Below are positions 24,804 to 34,204 of a stretch of DNA of 64,000 nucleotides, one piece after another. A program made the translations under genes and the position numbers. Where the stretch lies: contig OZ001293.3 of assembly GCA_963921275.4 (NCBI GenBank), forward strand, positions 1,504,001 through 1,568,000, written 5' to 3'. This stretch comes from an uncultured Hormoscilla sp. (lineage in GTDB: Bacteria > Cyanobacteriota > Cyanobacteriia > Cyanobacteriales > Desertifilaceae). A model generated the notes under the pieces. The model saw only the letters and a program-made list of their open reading frames with translations. It made no database searches and was not told the DNA's origin. Numbering within the stretch: position 1 is the first letter of the stretch; each line of letters opens with the position of its first letter.

Positions 24804-25868
24804 ATGGATAACGTAGCAGCGGATTATGACGGGACGTGGAAACAGGCGCTTATAGACTACTTCGAGCCCTGCATGGAATTTTTATACCCGGTAGCCCATG
24901 GGGACATAAACTGGCGTCAGGGCTATGAAATTCTGAATACAGAATGGCAAAAAATTGTCCCCGAAGCCGAAGTGGGCAAGCGGTTCACGGACCTATTGGT
25001 GAAAGTGTGGCGAAAGAATGGCTCCGAGAGCTATGTGCTAGTACATATAGAAGTTCAAGGGGAGTATGAAAAAGACTTTCCAGAACGGATCTACGTTTAC
25101 AACAGCCTGATCTTCCTGCGCCACCGGCTTCCGGTGGTCAGCTTGGTAATTTTAGGCGATGACAGACCCTCATGGAAACCAAATGAGTTTGTTTCGACGC
25201 TTTGGGAGAGTCGAACATATCTCTCTTATCGGGTAGTAAAACTGCTGGACTACCAAAACCAGTGGGAAGAGTTGGGGAAAAGCACAAATCCATTTGCAGT
25301 GATGGTTCGAGCCCATCTGAAGACAATGGCGACGCGCCAGGACGCCCGGGAACGGTTGGAATGGAAAAGCAGGGTAGTCAGAGAGCTGTTGGATGTAGGA
25401 TATACTCAAAAGGAGATTCGCAACCTGTTACGGCTGGTGTACGGAATGATGCGACTACCAGAGAATTTAGAACGGGAATTTCAACTGCGACTAGATAGTT
25501 TTTTGGAGGAAAAAAAGATGCCCTATGCAATGATGCCTTGCGAGCAAGATGCCATGGAACGAGGACGGATCCAAGGACTGGAAGAGGGACTGGTACGGGG
25601 ACTGGTACGGGGACTGGAACGAGGACTGGCACAGGGACTGGAAAGGGGAATCCTGCAAAAAAGCCGAGAGGATATAATCGACATCCTAGTTCTGAGGTTT
25701 TCCGAAGTACCGGAGCAGATTGTCGATCGCATAAACGAACTGGATGATGCCTCGGTACTGCGGGAGCTTTTGAGGCGAGCAGTGACGATCGCCTCTCTAT
25801 CAGAGTTCTCCGAAGAGATCGAGCGACTGACTGCTGCCGAAGATAGTAGTGCTGAGCAGCTAAACTAG
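24804..25868 (+). CDS. Rpn/YhgA-like PD-(D/E)XK protein with DUF4351-type tail
   Basis: DYDGTWK, DLLVKV, LVHIEVQ and FPERIYVY motifs; G(L/R)xx tetrapeptide repeats. Confidence 0.8.
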   Translation: MDNVAADYDGTWKQALIDYFEPCMEFLYPVAHGDINWRQGYEILNTEWQKIVPEAEVGKRFTDLLVKVWRKNGSESYVLVHIEVQGEYEKDFPERIYVYNSLIFLRHRLPVVSLVILGDDRPSWKPNEFVSTLWESRTYLSYRVVKLLDYQNQWEELGKSTNPFAVMVRAHLKTMATRQDARERLEWKSRVVRELLDVGYTQKEIRNLLRLVYGMMRLPENLEREFQLRLDSFLEEKKMPYAMMPCEQDAMERGRIQGLEEGLVRGLVRGLERGLAQGLERGILQKSREDIIDILVLRFSEVPEQIVDRINELDDASVLRELLRRAVTIASLSEFSEEIERLTAAEDSSAEQLN

Positions 25869-25990
25869 CCGTTCGTAGTAAACGCAAAGCGCGTTTGCTG
25901 ACTTTCACAGAACCGAGAGCAGTCTGGTTTAATCAGAGTCATAAGAGGGGCTCACGCCCCTCCTGAAATTAGAGCGCGATCGCCCCTCTG

Positions 25991-26211
25991 ATACCATTTG
26001 GAAAAAATGTTGCTACAATTATTGTGCGAAAGTTCTCTCACTTCGCTGCTATCCCGCCTTCCCTGTCTGGTGGGTAGTGTGGGGACATCGTACTCGCACT
26101 ACCCACCAGACAGGGAGGGTTCAAACCCCCGTCTAATAGCTAAAGTCCGTTAAAACCGACTAATAAGATAATGAGCAACTAATTGTAGCATTGTTTTTCC
26201 AAAATGGGATG
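25991..26211. mobile_element. MITE-like element
   Basis: Imperfect terminal IRs CCATTTGGAAAAAATGTTGCTACAATTA and TAATTGTAGCATTGTTTTTCCAAAATGG; internal 19-bp hairpin. Confidence 0.6.
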
Positions 26212-26257
26212 ACACTATAAAAAGGGGCGATCGCAGCTTTAACCCAGCAAGATTACA

Positions 26258-27472
26258 TCAAACTGCGGAACGCTTTACCAACTGCATTATAGCAGCGAAA
26301 AGAAATTGTATTAGTCGCCAGCACATTAATAATAGGATGCCTACCGTCAAAGTCGAAATGAGAAAAGATGTTATTTGCTCAAAACCTAGCGGTTTATGCG
26401 AATTTAGTAATTGCTGGACTAAGGTGGCAATTAAAGAAGGATAGCCCAAAAGTTCCTGCCATAGAATAGGGAAAATTATCCATAAAAAATAGCCAATAAT
26501 GCTAAAGCTAGCAACTGTGTAGACCGCTAAAATAGACATCATCAGTGGAGACCAAGGTAAACCCTTGGCTGAATAGTCGTTTGACTGACTAAATATATGG
26601 CGGAAAATGCGTGCTCGTTCGCGACTAAGATTGGTAACGCCTAAAGCGTCTGATAATGCCCAGTAGCCATCGAATTTTAATACCGGGTTGAGATCTAAAA
26701 TACAGCTAGAGGCGATCGCTAAAATGGCAATTTTTAAGGCTGTCCATTCGGTAAAATTGTAAAAATTTACATAAATTGCTGCTGTAACAAGCTGAAAATA
26801 AATTCCTCCCAAGTCAACTATTACCCGCTGCCAACGTTTCAACCTCCACGCATCGGTGACATCGCTGTAAAATACCGGAAAGATTAGGTAAATAGTTAAA
26901 CCGATATTACTGGGTTCTGCCCCATAATGAAAGCAAGCACTGGCGTGACCTAACTCATGGAGTAGCAGAGAAACGAACAAGAAAAAATATCCCCATATTA
27001 AGTCTTTTTCAGTAAAGCTAAGTTCTAAGTAATGTCGCGGAGCAATTACTGTGGCAGTAACAATAACAGCTAAAAGGAAAAAAGCTACTGGTCGGTAATA
27101 GGCAATGGAAAGATAAGTGGCAATCTTATTAACAACAAATTTGGGGAGAAGTGGCAGGCGCAGTAAAAAACCTGAAATCTTGTTTTTTTGATTACATTCG
27201 ATTTCGCTAATGCCAGAAAATACTTTTTTGTAGGCTGCCTCTACCTCAGATGGCGACAGATTTTTTCCGGTTTTTTGCCTAACTATTTCAGCGATTTCTT
27301 CAAATGATTTACCTACGCTCTGCTGGTAGAGGAGTTCGTAGGCAAAAGGTGATAGTCTGATATATCTCGGCGGAGCGCCAACTAATAATAAATAGACTGG
27401 TCTATTTTCCGATGTCTCCACAACCAGTCTTTCTTGAAGTCCTTGCCAATTATAGGTTTTCTCTATTGCCAT
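26258..27472 (-). CDS. Membrane M50 (site-2) metallopeptidase with N-terminal RRE/PqqD-like domain
   Basis: HELGH zinc motif, NPVLKFDGY and multiple TM helices. The N-terminal 90 aa have a strand-rich then 3-helix pattern. Alternative GTG start at 27493. Confidence 0.8.
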   Translation of the reverse strand: MAIEKTYNWQGLQERLVVETSENRPVYLLLVGAPPRYIRLSPFAYELLYQQSVGKSFEEIAEIVRQKTGKNLSPSEVEAAYKKVFSGISEIECNQKNKISGFLLRLPLLPKFVVNKIATYLSIAYYRPVAFFLLAVIVTATVIAPRHYLELSFTEKDLIWGYFFLFVSLLLHELGHASACFHYGAEPSNIGLTIYLIFPVFYSDVTDAWRLKRWQRVIVDLGGIYFQLVTAAIYVNFYNFTEWTALKIAILAIASSCILDLNPVLKFDGYWALSDALGVTNLSRERARIFRHIFSQSNDYSAKGLPWSPLMMSILAVYTVASFSIIGYFLWIIFPILWQELLGYPSLIATLVQQLLNSHKPLGFEQITSFLISTLTVGILLLMCWRLIQFLFAAIMQLVKRSAV

Positions 27473-27506
27473 ATAGGTTTTCTCTATTGCCACTCTTCTA
27501 TCTCGA

Positions 27507-28490
27507 CTACTTTTGCAATGATTCAATATTTTTATGACAGATTTTGGCGATATCTATAGATAAAGATTTTAACTCTGTTTCCAACTTTTCAACCGCTACA
27601 GTTCGCCAAGCTAGTTGGGGAATATCTTTAGTTAGTTCTTTGGCGCGATCTAGACATTGGCAAGCTGCTTCGATAACATAATTAATATGTCCTCCGTAGA
27701 ATATTTTACGAGTCAAGTTTTTCAGTACGCGCTCGTCACATTTTACAGGCCATTCTTCAACTACACGCGACAGTAGTAGAGAGGGAGTCCCTGACTGTAA
27801 ATCTTCTTTCCAGTCTTGAATGTCGTCCCAGATTTGACATGCAATCAGATCCTGTTTGACAGCTTCACTCAATGATGCTAAAAGACTATCATCTCCTGCT
27901 AACTCTATCAATGCGGCAACACTGGTTTTAGCAAGTGCAGATTTATTAGCACCAATTTCAAGAGCTAATGTTTCAGTATATTCAGAAAATGGCAGTTCGC
28001 CAGAAGCAAATTTTTGCTCTGTAATGCAGGCATCTACATACTCGCGGTAGTAGCTGCGGAATAGTTCCCAGAACTGAGAATTCGCTGGGAAAAGAGAATA
28101 CAATATACTGTAGGCTTCTAACTGCATGGCTTGAAAGCTTAAAGCGTACTTTGTGGTCATCCAAGCTTCATTTGTGCGATCTATGATTCCATCGCACAGG
28201 ACCATGGATGTTCCAAAAAGTTTTACCACCACCATAAGGGGATGAATTTCTGTAAGTGATAGTGATGGAAATGCAGCTAAAAATAAGTCAGGTCCGTAGC
28301 CGGTCAGAGAGAAATCGAAATCTCTGGGAAATACTATATATTCGTGCCAGTTATCACTTAAACCGCGCAGTTCTTCTTCAATTTTTGCAAACTCCTCTTG
28401 CGTTTCTCTTAAAATCATTTGTTCCGTTAAATATTTTTGATTTTTACTATTAGCCGTCATCACAACTGAATTAATAATTTTAAATTGCAT
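27507..28490 (-). CDS. Class I isoprenoid-synthase-fold protein (putative ComQ-like peptide prenyltransferase)
   Basis: Predominantly helical; Asp-rich motifs CDGIID and QIWDDIQDWKED; KSALAK between them. Confidence 0.7.
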   Translation of the reverse strand: MQFKIINSVVMTANSKNQKYLTEQMILRETQEEFAKIEEELRGLSDNWHEYIVFPRDFDFSLTGYGPDLFLAAFPSLSLTEIHPLMVVVKLFGTSMVLCDGIIDRTNEAWMTTKYALSFQAMQLEAYSILYSLFPANSQFWELFRSYYREYVDACITEQKFASGELPFSEYTETLALEIGANKSALAKTSVAALIELAGDDSLLASLSEAVKQDLIACQIWDDIQDWKEDLQSGTPSLLLSRVVEEWPVKCDERVLKNLTRKIFYGGHINYVIEAACQCLDRAKELTKDIPQLAWRTVAVEKLETELKSLSIDIAKICHKNIESLQK

Positions 28491-28556
28491 AGACTACATT
28501 ATCTAGTCTATGCATTGTTTGATCAAATGATCAAAACTACACCTCCGCACTTGTCA

Positions 28557-29255
28557 TCACTTCGGCCACCCTATCCCATAATCTGGTAGACCGACCGCGG
28601 CTAATTCCAGACGTTGTTCGAGTTCTTCAACATCCAAATTTTCCAAATCTTCAGCCTTAAGATTGCTGAATTTTTCTGACAATTTTTATGACAGCGTTTC
28701 CACTGTCAATACTCCGGACAGTTTTTAGACCCTATTTCGACCACAACCGTGTCTCCTGGGAGCTCGATGTCCCCGGGTCGCTCGATGTCTCGGGAGAGCT
28801 TGATGTCCCCCGGACGTATGGCGAAAACCCTACGATGTCCCCCGGACGCATGGCGAAGAAAACCCTACGATGTCCCCCGGACGCATGGCGAAAACCCGAG
28901 GGACATCGGGGGGACATCGGGGGGAGATCATAATCGCACTACTCCCGAGACATCGTAATCGCACTACCCCGGGGACATCATAATCGCACAAAAGGGGAGA
29001 CACGGCACAAGGGTTGCAGCCAAAAGGGCCTTATTTTTTTCAATGTCTGCTCGATGTCTCCCCTTTTGTGCGAGTAGTGCTCCCAGGAGACATCGAACCC
29101 AGGACTAACTTGCCTAAAATTGCTCTATCGAGCAAAGGCTGACGCTGCGATGCGCGAGGGGTAGTGCGAGTAGCGCGCCCCGAGTGCATCGCAAGGCTTG
29201 CAGCTACGTACAGCCAAAACGGTCCGGACTATTGCACTGTTTTATCTGCGTTCAT
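28557..29255 (-). pseudogene. RiPP precursor B (core AAVGLPDYGIGWPK), disrupted by a MITE and a TAA
   Basis: With 28707-29234 and one TSD removed it reads MNADKTVETLS*KLSEKFSNLKAEDLENLDVEELEQRLELAAVGLPDYGIGWPK*. Confidence 0.85.
28707..29234. mobile_element. 528-bp non-autonomous element with internal GC-rich repeats
   Basis: IRs CAATA(C/G)TCCGGAC; 6-bp TSD CACTGT (28701-28706 and 29235-29240); repeated GATGTCCCCCGGACG. Confidence 0.9.
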
Positions 29256-29369
29256 TGCTTCTACTCCTACAATTAGATTGGACAAACTGGTACAGGAATA
29301 TACCACAGCAAGTAAAGTCACTGGGTGGGGTTATGTATATGGCGTTGCCATGATTTTACAATCATTCAA

Positions 29370-29525
29370 TTACATTAGCAAACCCCATATCCAAAAAAAT
29401 ACAGCGAAAGGATTTACTAATTCTAAACGTTCTTCGAGTTCTTCAACATCCAAATTTTCCAAATCTTCAGCCTTAAGATTGCTGAATTTTTCTGACAGCG
29501 TTTCCACTGTTTTATCTGCGTTCAT
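29370..29525 (-). CDS. RiPP precursor A (51 aa; core VNPFAVFFWIWGLLM)
   Basis: AGGAG RBS before ATG 29525; leader near-identical to precursor B, different C-terminus. Confidence 0.8.
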   Translation of the reverse strand: MNADKTVETLSEKFSNLKAEDLENLDVEELEERLELVNPFAVFFWIWGLLM

Positions 29526-29787
29526 TGCTTCTACTCCTACAATTAGATTGGACAAACTGGTACAGGAAGAGACTACAGCAAGTAAAGTCACTCCATCTTA
29601 GACTAATGTGGCTCCCTTGGCTGCAAGCTACTTCAATTTTTAGTCTTCTCCTCTAGTATAGACACGATCTGGGATTCGCACAGTAAAAAAAGGGATAATA
29701 TAGGATAAGCTTGAAAATTTAAATTAGTGTAAAAGAATATAATTTAGTTGCCCAAGGTTGCCAAAGAGAGAAAAAGATACTATAATA

Positions 29788-30799
29788 ACCTAAGTTGCGA
29801 CCTATTAAAAAAAATATGAATTACCCACTTAGACTTTACAGATATTTGGGATATTTCGTAGCTTTTGATACAAAATTATATTTTTTTTGTGCTAGACGGC
29901 GGGTTGGCTGTTTATAGGTTATAATGTACTAAAATAATAGTTAATTGCTGGGGGATGTAGATGATGGAAGATATGATTACAACAATTTTTGTTCTTTGTG
30001 ACGAGCTACTAAAAGCGTTAAATATAAAAGAAGATCCACAAGTAAAAATGAACAATGCCGAAGTGATGACAGTCGGATTAGTTGCTGCATATTTTTTCGG
30101 AGGACACCACGATCGCTCTTGTCAATTTATGGTCCAACACAAGTATATAAAAAATCTGTTAAGTAAAAGTAGGTTCAATCGTCGATTACACAATATTGAG
30201 GAACCAATTTGGATGTTTTTCTTCCAAGTTATAGCTCAAACATTTAAAGAGCTCAATCCGGGTCAAGAATATATTCTTGATAGTTTCCCGGTGCCAGTAT
30301 GTGATAATATTAGGATTGATAGATGCCAAATTTATAACAAGGAAGAATATCGAGGGTATATTGCCAGTAAAAAACGTTATTTTTATGGATTAAGAGTTCA
30401 TATGTTGGTAAACAAAAATGGAAAGCCAATAGAATTTTATCTAGATCCTGGTAGTTATAATGATGTTAAAGTTTTGCAATCTTTTGGCTTTGACTTACCA
30501 TCAAATTCAATAGTTTATGGAGATAAAGCTTATAATGATTATCAATTAGAGGATTTACTAAAAGAGTCGTCAAGTATAATGTTAAAACCTTTGCGAAAAA
30601 AGAACTCAAAAAGAAAAGAATATTCTTGTTTTGAATATATACAAAAAGTAACAAGAAAACAAGTTGAAACCTGTTTTAGTCGAATCACCAATTTGTTTCC
30701 CAAGTCAATTCATGCTGTTACATCTAAGGGATTAGAGTTGAAAATAATTCTCTTTATAATAGCTTTTTGTATCCAATTTTTATAGGTCGCAACTTGAGT
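29788..30799 (+). mobile_element. Intact IS982-family element (copy B); transposase at 29961-30785
   Basis: 1012 bp; protein identical to copy A; flanks TATAATA and TATGGTA do not form a TSD. Confidence 0.95.
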
Positions 30800-31966
30800 T
30801 ATGGTAATTTCGTACAGAGTCATTATGTCGGAAGTAACATCCAGGTATGTGGGGAAAGTTTGCCTTCTGCTGAAACTGCCGAAAACCGATCGCCCTCTAC
30901 CGCCACTAACCCAGACAGCATTAAACGGGAAAAAATCCACGATCTCACCGAGGCCCCGGAATGCGATCGCCTGTACGATCGGACCACAGAACTAACCACC
31001 CTGAAACAATGGATATTAGCAGAAAATATCCGCATCGTCACCATCATCGGATTATCAGGTATTGGCAAAACCGCCCTCGCCCGGCAACTCGTCGAACAAA
31101 TTAAAGATAAATTCGATCGCGTCATCTGGCGCAACTGTACCAACAGTCTCACGTTAGACTCGCTAGAAGCAAATTTAATGCAGTTTTTCTCCCGAGATCG
31201 AGAAACTCCATTACCATCCATCATTGATTATATGCGATCGCGCCCTTCTCTGATCGTACTCGACGACTTCCAAGAAACACTTCTCAGTGGAGAGTTAGCG
31301 GGCACCAACCATGAAAATTACAGTAAATTCTACAAGCAAATAGCAACCTTACCCCACAACAGTTGCTTGCTACTCCTGAGTTGGGAAAAACCGACCAGAA
31401 TAGTCACCTTAGAAAGCAGAAACCTTCCCTGTCGCACTTTACAACTTAATGGTTTAGGAGAGTCGGCGCGGGAAATATTTTCAGCAAGAGGATTAACTGA
31501 TGAAGATCAATGGTTAGAATTAATTCAACTGTACGGCGGTAATCCTTTATGGTTAAGTATAATTGCCAATACTATCCTCGAATTATTTAACGGTAGCCTC
31601 GCCCAGTTCCTATCCTATCCAAGTCTATTCTTAGGAGATTTAGAACCGATATTAGAGGCCCATTATCGACGCTTGTCCGAGTCGGAGAAATTAGTAATGC
31701 AGTGGTTAGCAACCCAAGATACAGCGGCAGATATTGCTCGCAAACCGACAAATTTCTCCTTTTCAGACTCTGATTTCCTGAAGGCAGTACAGTCTTTGCG
31801 CAAACGTTGTTTAATTACCAAAGTGACAGATAATAAAACATTGCGCTTCACCCTTCAACCCGCGATTAAAGAGTATATGAAAACAAAATATCATCCCAAA
31901 AGTGCTGACTACGGGCGGGGCGGCGGCTACGAATGGGACTTGGGTTCGATCTTACCAGATAGTTGA
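30800..31966 (+). pseudogene. NB-ARC/STAND NTPase, N-terminus lost at IS982
   Basis: GLSGIGKT Walker A, LIVLDD Walker B and GGNPLWL motifs; the ORF begins inside the IS end. Confidence 0.8.
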
Positions 31967-32578
31967 TAAATCCAGAACGAATCCTGATAAAACGCTTTCC
32001 CCCCTAAGATGATCGGGATTATCTAACACTTCCACTTCGGCATTGGGACGATAAATATAGACCATTCTATTATTTCGGTCAATCAACCAGCCCAAGGACG
32101 TACCATTGTCAATATATTCCTGCATTTTCCGTTGCAGAGTTTGCAGTCGGTCACTGGGAGAACGCAACTCTACCACAAAATCAGGGCAAATGGGGGCAAA
32201 TTTAATTTGTTGTTCTCGGGTGAGGGAATTCCATTTTTCCAGTCTCATCCAAGCTAAGTCCGAAGATTTAGTCGCCCCGTTGGGTAGGATAAACCCAGTG
32301 GAAGAGTCAAACCCGACTCCAGTGCCATCCTGTTTTACCCAAATTGCGAATTGCCCAATTAGATCGAAATTCCGATTTCCAGTTTCCGAACCAGTCGGTG
32401 ACATGATAATAATTTCTCCTGATGCTGTGCGTTCGATGCGATAATCGCGGTTGAGTTGACAGAAGTCAAAAAATTGGTCGGCAGTCATTTCAACTACTGG
32501 ATAAAATTTTAACACCATTGGTGCTAATTCTGGATAATCTATCTCCTGAACTGGATTCTCTGTTTTGGCGGCTGTCAT
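31952..32578 (-). CDS. Uma2 family endonuclease (copy 1)
   Basis: FDSSTGF.LPNG, CPDFVVELRS and LGWLID motifs. Confidence 0.93.
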   Translation of the reverse strand: MTAAKTENPVQEIDYPELAPMVLKFYPVVEMTADQFFDFCQLNRDYRIERTASGEIIIMSPTGSETGNRNFDLIGQFAIWVKQDGTGVGFDSSTGFILPNGATKSSDLAWMRLEKWNSLTREQQIKFAPICPDFVVELRSPSDRLQTLQRKMQEYIDNGTSLGWLIDRNNRMVYIYRPNAEVEVLDNPDHLRGESVLSGFVLDLSTIW

Positions 32579-32610
32579 TTTATGTTACCTCACGATATTT
32601 ATTTTGAATT

Positions 32611-33237
32611 TTACCAGATAGTTGATAAATCCAGGACAAATCCTGGTAAAACGCTTTCCTCCCTAAGACGCGCGGGATGATCTAACACTTCCACTTCCGC
32701 ATCGGGACGGTAAATATAGACCCTTCTATTATTTCGGTCAATCAACCAACCCAAGGACACACCATTATCAATATATTCTAGCATTTTCTCTTGTAGGGAT
32801 TGCAGTCTGTCACTGGGAGAACGCAACTCTACTACAAAATCAGGGCAAATGGGAGCAAATTTAATTTGTTGTTCTCGGGTGAGGGAATTCCATTTTTCCA
32901 GTCTCACCCAAGCGGCATCGGAGGATTTAGTCGTTCCGTTGGGTAGGATAAACCCAGTGGAAGAGTCAAAAGCGATTCCAGTGCCATCTCGGTCTGTCCA
33001 GTTGGCAAGTTGTTGAATAAGCTTAACGTTCCGATTTCCAGTTTCCGAACCAGTTGGTGACATGATAATAATTTCTCCTGATGCTGTGCGTTCGATGCGA
33101 TAATCGCGGTTGAGTTGACAGAAGTCAAAAAATTGGTCGGCAGTCATTTCTACTACTGGATGAAATTTTAACACCATTGGTGCTAATTCTGGATAATCTA
33201 TCTCCTGAACTGGATTCTCTATTTTGGCGGCTGTCAT
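32611..33237 (-). CDS. Uma2 family endonuclease (copy 2)
   Basis: Same motifs; 659-bp tandem unit. Confidence 0.93.
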   Translation of the reverse strand: MTAAKIENPVQEIDYPELAPMVLKFHPVVEMTADQFFDFCQLNRDYRIERTASGEIIIMSPTGSETGNRNVKLIQQLANWTDRDGTGIAFDSSTGFILPNGTTKSSDAAWVRLEKWNSLTREQQIKFAPICPDFVVELRSPSDRLQSLQEKMLEYIDNGVSLGWLIDRNNRRVYIYRPDAEVEVLDHPARLREESVLPGFVLDLSTIW

Positions 33238-33269
33238 TTTATGTTACCTCACGATATTTATTTTGAATT

Positions 33270-33896
33270 TTACCAGATAGTTGATAAATCCAGGACAAAT
33301 CCTGGTAAAACGCTTTCCCCCCTAAGACGCGCGGGATGATCTAACACTTCCACTTCCGCATCGGGACGGTAAATATAGACCCTTCTATTATTTCGGTCAA
33401 TCAACCAACCCAAGGACACACCATTATCAATATATTCTAGCATTTTCTCTTGTAGGGATTGCAGTCTGTCACTGGGAGAACGCAACTCTACCACAAAATC
33501 AGGGCAAATGGGGGCAAATTTAATTTGTTGTTCTCGGGTGAGGGAATTCCATTTTTCCAGTCTCACCCAAGCGATGTCCGAGGATTTAGTCGCCCCGTTG
33601 GGTAGGATAAACCCAGTCGAAGAGTCAAACCCGACTCCAGTGCGATCCTGTTTTACCCAAATGCCGAATTGCACAGTTAGATCGAAATTCCGATTTCCAG
33701 TTTCCGAACCAGTTGGGGACATGATAATAATTTCTCCTGATGCCGTGCGTTCGATGCGGTAGTCGCGGTTCAGTTGACAGAATTCAAAAAATTGGTCCGC
33801 AGTCATTTCCACTACTGGATGAAATTTTAACACCATTGGTGCCACTTCGGGATAATCTATCTCCCTTTCTATGTTTTCGGTTTTTGCCGCTATCAT
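33270..33896 (-). CDS. Uma2 family endonuclease (copy 3)
   Basis: Same motifs; 659-bp tandem unit. Confidence 0.93.
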   Translation of the reverse strand: MIAAKTENIEREIDYPEVAPMVLKFHPVVEMTADQFFEFCQLNRDYRIERTASGEIIIMSPTGSETGNRNFDLTVQFGIWVKQDRTGVGFDSSTGFILPNGATKSSDIAWVRLEKWNSLTREQQIKFAPICPDFVVELRSPSDRLQSLQEKMLEYIDNGVSLGWLIDRNNRRVYIYRPDAEVEVLDHPARLRGESVLPGFVLDLSTIW

Positions 33897-34204
33897 TGTT
33901 GTCGATCCTGCTATTATAGTTATGGTCTACTTCTAAGATGATAACTTAATGGGGGCTAGGCTGCAATTATTAAGGCGATCGCGGCTTTGGTGCCAGTCCG
34001 GGATACAAAACAGACAAGCAGTCGCTCTTGAAGACGAGCAGATGAGTAGATTTATGCGTAAAATGAGATGATGGCGCTGGATCTGGATTAGCAAAATCAG
34101 GGTCAATCAGCTTACCGCTAACCTTGAATAACTGCTCGCTGGCAGTAGCGGTTAGTGCAAGATAGAAGAAACACAGAGTCCTTCCCACTTCTGGACAAAA
34201 CGTG

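Noticed and set aside
25378..25908. PV-repeat and GT-repeat ORFs
   Set aside because: Alternative frames of the 12-bp repeats inside the Rpn-like gene.
28688..28958. Repetitive short ORFs (MSPGRM...) as peptide precursors
   Set aside because: They lie within the 528-bp MITE and come from its internal DNA repeats.
29164..29601. 145-aa plus-strand ORF with an internal repeat
   Set aside because: Antisense shadow of the duplicated precursor genes; the RBS and operon direction support the minus strand.
20685..30799. Composite transposon of two IS982 copies carrying the RiPP cluster
   Set aside because: Copy A has its own TSD inside dacB, so it inserted independently; the outer flanks share no TSD.
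31952..33896. Diversity-generating retroelement TR/VR among the Uma2 repeats
   Set aside because: All three are full genes, the differences are not adenine-specific, and there is no RT nearby.
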